The notes under the pieces were generated by a model. It did no database searches. It was given only the letters and a program-made list of their open reading frames with translations, and was not told where the DNA came from. Made by a program: the position numbers and the translations under genes. A stretch of 7,067 bases of DNA from Ramazzottius varieornatus (lineage: Eukaryota > Animalia > Tardigrada): assembly GCA_001949185.1 (NCBI GenBank), contig BDGG01000040.1, forward strand, positions 1-7,067, read 5' to 3'. How positions within the stretch are numbered: position 1 is the first letter of the stretch; each line of letters begins with the position of its first letter. This document shows, piece by piece, positions 1 through 6,963 of this stretch.

Positions 1-494
1 TCGACATGATCAGCGCTATATAAAGTACGAGTGCCCACCCGGTTCCATTGTATCTCAAGCGTCCTGGTTCATTGGGAGTTCGTTGAACGGTATTGTCGAC
101 TGAATACCAGGAAACCTTCAAGGGCGCAGATAGAACTGGATTTCTGGAGAATATCATCAGCGAAGAACTCAATGCGAAAAACTCAGTCATTCTGCGCTGC
201 ATATAATTTACTCCATGACGACATGAACGTCGAAAACCCATTTGGACGTCTTGGTCAATTTCAGATAGCCTCACCCGAAAGATCTTCACATGGCAATCAC
301 TTTGGTGAAAGTTGTCTTATATAAGGTCGACGGACCGGATTCTCCTCGACTTCGACACATTTAACTCCCCTGAAAACAATATCCTCTCATCAACCACATT
401 ATACACGAAGCACAGAAAACAAAGCTATTTCAGCCTCTCTGAGACCGTTCCGGAACCTTGTGACAGCACCAGAGACGAAAATACATTATCCAGC

Positions 495-775
495 CTAGTT
501 CAAGTCAATGATATTCTGGTCAGTGTCATCAGCTCGAGGTCTTGAGCTCCAGTTCTTCGGTACTCTTGCGACAGGTTCACCATCGTCGTCGTGGTCGTCG
601 CGTTCTTCGGAGTTGAACCGTTGAAAGGGATTCTGTTTGTACTGAAAGACGTCTTCCTTCAGGTCCATCTCAACCGGGAAGAGCCCGACCAGCTCGCGAA
701 TCTCGGTCGCCGCTTCGTCGTTGTACCGGCAAATGGCGGCGATGAGTCTTTGAAGCTGGCAGAGAATATCTTGAA
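495..775 (-). CDS. PICK1: PICK1 last coding exon: VQDILCQLQRLIAAICRYNDEAATEIRELVGLFPVEMDL...EERDDHDDDGE...NIIDLN-stop
   Basis: Acceptor TTTTTCAG| at 776, TAG stop at 497-495, 281 nt; end of BAR domain plus C-terminal acidic region. Confidence 0.92.
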
Positions 776-3441
776 CTGAAAAATAAAATTCAGTCAGTAC
801 AAAACATGGACCATATCGCATCGCATCGCATCGGAGAATGCTCTAGTTGCACCCAGAGGACATCTGACAATTGGCAAGGCAGAGAGAACTCTTTGTGAAC
901 ACCTGCATACCATCGCAGTATAGCAATTTGCACAGAGATGTTGTATGCAGATACGTGAAAGAGACATCCCTCTGATTGATCCACCGTACTCTCACTCAAA
1001 ATTCAAGACCCATTTTGCCGCTTACCGTGTTTCTGATCAAGAAGATCGAGTTTGACAGAAACATCAGCGCGGAGTTTGGAGAACTTCACCCTGGCTAGTT
1101 GACGGCATCGGAGAACCAGGCGATACTCGTAGTTTCCGGTCTCCACTCTGTACAGGGATTCTTGAAGCTGATTGAACGTCAGCTCTTCGTCATCCATCTC
1201 CTTTACTTTCAGACAGTACGACTGGAAGAAAAAGCCATCACACTGTTTCGAAGAACCCTTCAAACCACGGTGGAACTGAGGAAACCTTACCAGGTACTCG
1301 AACTTGGCATCGGCGTATTTCTGCACTGTCAGTTCCGTGTCGGGAATGGCTTTGTGCAGAAACGTTCCCAGATCCGTCAATATCTTCGTACAGAATTACC
1401 ACACTACCCGTTTATGCATCTTTTCTCTATTTCACAATTGGGAAGCCGGGCAGACAAAACGTACACGATTTCTATCCCGAGCGGCGCACGCTTCCAGCCG
1501 ACAACAATGAAAAAGTGCGCCACTTGAAATATCGATTGCATACATCTCATTCGGCCACTTCTCAATCGGGCCTTACCGGTTTGAGAATTTTCAGCATGCG
1601 AACACCGGCTTTGGCCATATTCCTGTGGGTCTCTCCATAGCGGTTGAAGGCGTGGTTGGCTCTTTCCAAGGATTCCCTTACTGCTACTTCCGAGAAAACA
1701 TCGCCAAGCTCTGAAAGGAGTATACACAAATAAAGAAGTGTTTGACTCAACGAGAAAGCCGAGGAAGAAATGCAATGGAAGAATGTCTTACGCTTATGAG
1801 CGCGAAACAACTCAAAGTAATGTTTCATCAAGGACTGGATGTATACAACCAAGCCGCGATACAGTTCCGCGTTCCTTTCCAGATCCTGCAGCTTCTTGAC
1901 CAGACTGTCTGGAGAAGCTTAACTAGGTTCATTCACTACTGTCGAATAACGAAGAACACAAGACAGTCCTGCTTTACCGTTGCAAAGAATGGCGCGACTC
2001 AGTCCGAGCGAATCCGCCGTCGAACTACTCATATGCTCCACGATTCTATGCTTCACTTTTTTCAACACTGCAACAAAGAAGACTGTAAACATAAGAAAGA
2101 ATTCTCATAATTTTGCGGAAAACGGTCTGCCGCAGAAAAGCTTCTCCTGTAAAATACGCCAGTCGTGAAAGTTACTTCAGCCGTTCGGTCACACCTGCCA
2201 GTTTTCTACGAGCCACCTTATCAAGGCCGTGCTCGGCACTAACTTGACAGGGAATATTCATAATAAAAGGGCAGGAACGATGCCGGACCAATTCTGCGCT
2301 TGAAATGGTTTCTCTCGACTCAAGCTTACCAATGTCTAAGGATGGGCCTTGTTCAGGTTCGGCATGCAGTTTGTTGTAGCTGATGTGGACTTCCGTCTGC
2401 GCAGGAAAGAAGTGAGGTTAACACATACAGCAAGCAACATTCTCACCGGATAAGAGCACAGTTACCGGACTGCTTTGGATCGCTTTGACCACTTCATTCT
2501 TCGTCTTGCCTTTCACCGACTTGTTGTTTACCGCGGTGATTTCGTCCCCAGACTCCAAAGTTCCTTCTCTGGAGGCCGGAGTATTGTCGAAGATCTGCAC
2601 GACGTACACGCATGGGCAATTTGGATATCCGCCTACGAAAACACACCAGGAAAATATCAGAATTTGTACTAAATTCGGCAATAATTACAGAAAAAACACA
2701 TCATTCATGTTTTGACGAAAGCTTCGTCTTGACGTTGGACACATCATGCAAATACGGTGAAATACCTCCGATGGAGATTCCGACCATATTACGGTCATCT
2801 TTGGTCAGTGTGAGCTTGCCGGAAGTGACTCGTATGCCTCTGCAAAAGAACAGGATGACGAAATTCTTCCCGGTCAAAACTCCAGGTTTAATAGGAGCTA
2901 AGTCATCTGATTTTACAAAGTATCTTCGTAAGTAAAGTTGCTGCGTCGTCGATGGCGGTAGCCCTCCTCAGAGCTGGAAGAGTCATCGGGAGATCCACTG
3001 CGCCGTCGGTCTTCCGGTCGAGGGAGGAAATTGCCTGGATACAACCCATACATTCCATATGGTGTCAAGCCTGCCATGGCACAGTCAAAAGCTAGCCAAC
3101 TATCAAACCCAAAATCCATCCATAACGATGGTAAAACTTCCGGCAAGAACGTCGATGGGTACAGTACTTCCGGCTCTGAATCAAGGGGATTACTCAAACG
3201 ATCCCCCGTGAAATTGCACCAGCGGAGGATATTACACGTTGCCATGCAGTGCTTGCTTCGACGCTTTGAGCACCGATTGTGATCTGTCCATCTAGTCGCT
3301 TGCTCCCGATCGACATCTCCGATCCTACTGTTTCTTTACGAAGACTGCTAAGGTGTCTTGAGTGAACGAAAGGGAATGCACTTACAGTGTGTCTTCTTCC
3401 ACAAAGTAGTCTTCCTCGAAGTCGAAATCTTCGTTCTGCAT
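495..3441 (-). CDS. PICK1: PICK1 / PRKCA-binding protein (PDZ + BAR/AH domain), complete spliced gene, copy 1. Exons 3386-3441, 2766-2839, 2466-2632, 2330-2396, 1978-2067, 1792-1908, 1577-1710, 1291-1383, 1026-1221, 495-775 (424 aa); optional exon 2917-3099 gives 485 aa
   Basis: Manual splicing at GT..AG sites gives one uninterrupted frame with all phases compatible. PICK1 signature motifs: acidic N-terminus EEDTL-G, KD..MVGISIGGG, CPC, IFDNTPA, GDEITAVN, KGKTK, YNKLHAEP, SLDIVLKKVKHR, LGLSRAILCND, KAIPDT, KFEYLSYCLKVKEMDDEE, YRVETGNYEYRL, LLDQKHVQDI, FPVEMDL and an acidic C-terminal stretch. Confidence 0.96.
815..833. repeat. Short (ATCGC)n pentanucleotide repeat, about 3.8 units, in the last PICK1 intron (copy at 4337-4355)
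   Basis: atcgcatcgcatcgcatcg read directly. Confidence 0.8.
1026..1221 (-). CDS. PICK1: PICK1 exon, BAR tip and helix 3: SYCLKVKEMDDEELTFNQLQESLYRVETGNYEYRLVLRCRQLARVKFSKLRADVSVKLDLLDQKH
   Basis: Acceptor TTCTTCCAG| at 1222, donor G|GTAAGC at 1025, 196 nt. Confidence 0.95.
1291..1383 (-). CDS. PICK1: PICK1 exon, BAR: ILTDLGTFLHKAIPDTELTVQKYADAKFEYL
   Basis: Acceptor TACGAAG| at 1384 (AAG type), donor CTG|GTAAGG at 1290, 93 nt. Confidence 0.92.
1577..1710 (-). CDS. PICK1: PICK1 exon, BAR: QLGDVFSEVAVRESLERANHAFNRYGETHRNMAKAGVRMLKILKP
   Basis: Acceptor CTTTCAG| at 1711, donor CCG|GTAAGG at 1576, 134 nt. Confidence 0.94.
1792..1908 (-). CDS. PICK1: PICK1 exon, BAR helix 1: DSLVKKLQDLERNAELYRGLVVYIQSLMKHYFELFRAHK
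   Basis: Acceptor TTCTCCAG| at 1909, donor C|GTAAGA at 1791, 117 nt. Confidence 0.92.
1978..2067 (-). CDS. PICK1: PICK1 exon, amphipathic helix and linker: VLKKVKHRIVEHMSSSTADSLGLSRAILCN
   Basis: Acceptor TTGCAG| at 2068, donor G|GTAAAG at 1977, 90 nt. Confidence 0.95.
2330..2396 (-). CDS. PICK1: PICK1 exon, PDZ end and linker: TEVHISYNKLHAEPEQGPSLDI
   Basis: Acceptor GCGCAG| at 2397, donor G|GTAAGC at 2329, 67 nt. Confidence 0.94.
2466..2632 (-). CDS. PICK1: PICK1 exon, PDZ core: GGYPNCPCVYVVQIFDNTPASREGTLESGDEITAVNNKSVKGKTKNEVVKAIQSSP
   Basis: Acceptor TTTCGTAG| at 2633, donor CCG|GTAACT at 2465, 167 nt; CPC motif. Confidence 0.95.
2766..2839 (-). CDS. PICK1: PICK1 exon, PDZ start: GIRVTSGKLTLTKDDRNMVGISIG
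   Basis: Acceptor TTTTGCAG| at 2840, donor G|GTATTT at 2765, 74 nt; contains the KD residues and the carboxylate-binding loop. Confidence 0.93.
2917..3099 (-). CDS. PICK1: Putative alternative PICK1 exon (cassette or alternative first exon): WLAFDCAMAGLTPYGMYGLYPGNFLPRPEDRRRSGSPDDSSSSEEGYRHRRRSNFTYEDT(L)
   Basis: Open frame (part of ORF 2913-3245) ending EDT-TT|GTAAAA, a phase-2 donor at 2916 that is compatible with exon 2766-2839 via a 77-nt intron. Candidate acceptor TTTGATAG| at 3100 makes it 183 nt, phase 2 to phase 2. The 5' boundary is uncertain: in-frame ATGs also occur at 3245, 3119 and 3077. Confidence 0.6.
3386..3441 (-). CDS. PICK1: PICK1 coding exon 1: MQNEDFDFEEDYFVEEDT(L), N-terminal acidic region
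   Basis: ATG at 3441-3439, 56 nt, phase-2 donor CT|GTAAGT at 3385. Resembles the acidic N-terminus of animal PICK1 (human MFADLDYDIEEDKL). Too short for the ORF track. Confidence 0.9.
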
Positions 3442-4078
3442 AGCTTGGCTTCGCTCCGTGAGAAAGTCTTTTTACAGTTGCAGGGGAGTTAGTACGTCGC
3501 TTCTTCACGACCAGTTGACAGAACATAAAGTCCAGATAAATTTACGGAGGTTCCCGGCCTTATATTTTATAACAACGTTTGAGGAGATCTTCAAGAGAAT
3601 AGTACAGGTTTCTCCTAGGCAGAAGAGCAGTGAAGTGACTGAAGACAGAGTACTCCGCTAAAGTCCGAAGGATGCGAGGAATTGTGGGATGGATGAGTGC
3701 CAGCGTCCCAACCGAGACTTTCTCCATTCATCCAGAGCCAAAAATCGATTTCACCGCATTGTTTTGGTTGTGAATGCTTGGCGGACTGGAGGTACACCAA
3801 GCAATCAACAAGCGGACGTCTGTTCCCTAAAATCTGTTCCTCGTCGTTCGGTGTTCCCTCCTGAGTTCTTTGAGGAACAGCGTGAGCGCTGTCGATCAAG
3901 CTACAACATTTCCATTCTTGCTTGATTGGAGCGTCTATCACTTTCACAGCTGGTTTGAATTTGAACTTGATTTTTCCGTCTTCTCGTCCAGAATTTCTGT
4001 TTCTGTCCGCCCATCCAGGTTTCTTCCCATCTGCTACCATCCACTCTTCACTTTGCTGTACATAGCCCGAGAATTATC
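3442..4078. promoter_or_regulatory. Short divergent intergenic region (5' UTRs and probable bidirectional promoter) between PICK1 and ATP synthase d
   Basis: 637 bp between two oppositely oriented start codons. Inferred from position only; no core promoter element identified. Confidence 0.5.
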
Positions 4079-4200
4079 ATGAGCAGTCGCCGAGTCACCA
4101 AGAGCGCCATTGACTGGGCCGCCTTTGCCGCTCGCGTGCCCGAGGATCAGCAGATCTCGCTGAAGGCATTCAAGACGCGTCATGATGCCTACTTGTCCAA
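4079..4200 (+). CDS. ATP5PD: Mitochondrial ATP synthase Fo peripheral-stalk subunit d, first coding exon (partial gene): MSSRRVTKSAIDWAAFAARVPEDQQISLKAFKTRHDAYLS
   Basis: ATG at 4079, 122 nt, phase-2 donor AA|GTAAGG at 4201. Matches the subunit d N-terminal pattern (R..S.IDW..F...VP..Q....AFK...D). The rest of the gene is lost at the N gap. Absent from the ORF track. Confidence 0.88.
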
Positions 4201-4223
4201 GTAAGGGGACGAATGTCTTTCCA

Positions 4224-4233
4224 NNNNNNNNNN
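4224..4233. other. Assembly/scaffold gap (10 N)
   Basis: Run of ten N bases; the round length suggests a placeholder of unknown true size. Confidence 0.99.
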
Positions 4234-6963
4234 CGCTTCGTCGTTGTACCGGCAATGGCGGCGATGAGTCTTTGAAGCTGGCAGAGAATATCTTGAACTG
4301 AAAAATAAAATTCAGTCAGTACAAAACATGGACCATATCGCATCGCATCGCATCGGAGAATGCTCTAGTTGCACCCAGAGGACATCTGACAATTGGCAAG
4401 GCAGAGAGAACTCTTTGTGAACACCTGCATACCATCGCAGTATAGCAATTTGCACAGAGATGTTGTATGCAGATACGTGAAAGAGACATCCCTCTGATTG
4501 ATCCACCGTACTCTCACTCAAAATTCAAGACCCATTTTGCCGCTTACCGTGTTTCTGATCAAGAAGATCGAGTTTGACAGAAACATCAGCGCGGAGTTTG
4601 GAGAACTTCACCCTGGCTAGTTGACGGCATCGGAGAACCAGGCGATACTCGTAGTTTCCGGTCTCCACTCTGTACAGGGATTCTTGAAGCTGATTGAACG
4701 TCAGCTCTTCGTCATCCATCTCCTTTACTTTCAGACAGTACGACTGGAAGAAAAAGCCATCACACTGTTTCGAAGAACCCTTCAAACCACGGTGGAACTG
4801 AGGAAACCTTACCAGGTACTCGAACTTGGCATCGGCGTATTTCTGCACTGTCAGTTCCGTGTCGGGAATGGCTTTGTGCAGAAACGTTCCCAGATCCGTC
4901 AATATCTTCGTACAGAATTACCACACTACCCGTTTATGCATCTTTTCTCTATTTCACAATTGGGAAGCCGGGCAGACAAAACGTACACGATTTCTATCCC
5001 GAGCGGCGCACGCTTCCAGCCGACAACAATGAAAAAGTGCGCCACTTGAAATATCGATTGCATACATCTCATTCGGCCACTTCTCAATCGGGCCTTACCG
5101 GTTTGAGAATTTTCAGCATGCGAACACCGGCTTTGGCCATATTCCTGTGGGTCTCTCCATAGCGGTTGAAGGCGTGGTTGGCTCTTTCCAAGGATTCCCT
5201 TACTGCTACTTCCGAGAAAACATCGCCAAGCTCTGAAAGGAGTATACACAAATAAAGAAGTGTTTGACTCAACGAGAAAGCCGAGGAAGAAATGCAATGG
5301 AAGAATGTCTTACGCTTATGAGCGCGAAACAACTCAAAGTAATGTTTCATCAAGGACTGGATGTATACAACCAAGCCGCGATACAGTTCCGCGTTCCTTT
5401 CCAGATCCTGCAGCTTCTTGACCAGACTGTCTGGAGAAGCTTAACTAGGTTCATTCACTACTGTCGAATAACGAAGAACACAAGACAGTCCTGCTTTACC
5501 GTTGCAAAGAATGGCGCGACTCAGTCCGAGCGAATCCGCCGTCGAACTACTCATATGCTCCACGATTCTATGCTTCACTTTTTTCAACACTGCAACAAAG
5601 AAGACTGTAAACATAAGAAAGAATTCTCATAATTTTGCGGAAAACGGTCTGCCGCAGAAAAGCTTCTCCTGTAAAATACGCCAGTCGTGAAAGTTACTTC
5701 AGCCGTTCGGTCACACCTGCCAGTTTTCTACGAGCCACCTTATCAAGGCCGTGCTCGGCACTAACTTGACAGGGAATATTCATAATAAAAGGGCAGGAAC
5801 GATGCCGGACCAATTCTGCGCTTGAAATGGTTTCTCTCGACTCAAGCTTACCAATGTCTAAGGATGGGCCTTGTTCAGGTTCGGCATGCAGTTTGTTGTA
5901 GCTGATGTGGACTTCCGTCTGCGCAGGAAAGAAGTGAGGTTAACACATACAGCAAGCAACATTCTCACCGGATAAGAGCACAGTTACCGGACTGCTTTGG
6001 ATCGCTTTGACCACTTCATTCTTCGTCTTGCCTTTCACCGACTTGTTGTTTACCGCGGTGATTTCGTCCCCAGACTCCAAAGTTCCTTCTCTGGAGGCCG
6101 GAGTATTGTCGAAGATCTGCACGACGTACACGCATGGGCAATTTGGATATCCGCCTACGAAAACACACCAGGAAAATATCAGAATTTGTACTAAATTCGG
6201 CAATAATTACAGAAAAAACACATCATTCATGTTTTGACGAAAGCTTCGTCTTGACGTTGGACACATCATGCAAATACGGTGAAATACCTCCGATGGAGAT
6301 TCCGACCATATTACGGTCATCTTTGGTCAGTGTGAGCTTGCCGGAAGTGACTCGTATGCCTCTGCAAAAGAACAGGATGACGAAATTCTTCCCGGTCAAA
6401 ACTCCAGGTTTAATAGGAGCTAAGTCATCTGATTTTACAAAGTATCTTCGTAAGTAAAGTTGCTGCGTCGTCGATGGCGGTAGCCCTCCTCAGAGCTGGA
6501 AGAGTCATCGGGAGATCCACTGCGCCGTCGGTCTTCCGGTCGAGGGAGGAAATTGCCTGGATACAACCCATACATTCCATATGGTGTCAAGCCTGCCATG
6601 GCACAGTCAAAAGCTAGCCAACTATCAAACCCAAAATCCATCCATAACGATGGTAAAACTTCCGGCAAGAACGTCGATGGGTACAGTACTTCCGGCTCTG
6701 AATCAAGGGGATTACTCAAACGATCCCCCGTGAAATTGCACCAGCGGAGGATATTACACGTTGCCATGCAGTGCTTGCTTCGACGCTTTGAGCACCGATT
6801 GTGATCTGTCCATCTAGTCGCTTGCTCCCGATCGACATCTCCGATCCTACTGTTTCTTTACGAAGACTGCTAAGGTGTCTTGAGTGAACGAAAGGGAATG
6901 CACTTACAGTGTGTCTTCTTCCACAAAGTAGTCTTCCTCGAAGTCGAAATCTTCGTTCTGCAT
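4234..6963 (-). CDS. PICK1: PICK1 copy 2, 3'-truncated at the gap. Exons 6908-6963, (6439-6621), 6288-6361, 5988-6154, 5852-5918, 5500-5589, 5314-5430, 5099-5232, 4813-4905, 4548-4743 and partial 4234-4297
   Basis: Same exons as copy 1 shifted by 3522. The last exon is cut by Ns and carries the 1-nt frameshifting deletion near the contig edge. The sequence call is secure; its existence as a second real gene is doubtful. Confidence 0.8.

Noticed and set aside
17-24. TATATAAA TATA-like box followed by ORF 31-324
   Set aside because: The ORF starts at GTG and resembles nothing I recognise; an 8-mer alone is not enough evidence.
447-456. 10-bp palindrome GTTCCGGAAC in the PICK1 3' region
   Set aside because: A palindrome of this length is expected by chance in a few kb.
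2111-2137. Small inverted repeat TTTTGCGG...CCGCAGAA in a PICK1 intron
   Set aside because: An 8-bp imperfect stem is expected by chance, and bacterial terminator logic does not apply here.
591-3282. Plus-strand ORFs in the track (591-779, 1099-1527, 1742-2110, 2612-2935, 3031-3282 etc., and their duplicates)
   Set aside because: They are antisense shadows of PICK1 exons and introns; many begin at non-ATG codons valid only under a bacterial model, and none has a recognisable motif.
3194-3526. 110-aa Arg-rich minus-strand ORF
   Set aside because: It overlaps true PICK1 exon 1 in a different frame and runs through its GTAAGT donor; no homology recognised.
4034-4255. 73-aa minus-strand ORF spanning the Ns
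   Set aside because: Chimeric across the gap and antisense to the ATP synthase d exon.
4251-4260. Frameshift suggesting copy 2 is a pseudogene
   Set aside because: A single homopolymer deletion about 20 nt from a contig end is better explained by consensus error; I saw no other decay.
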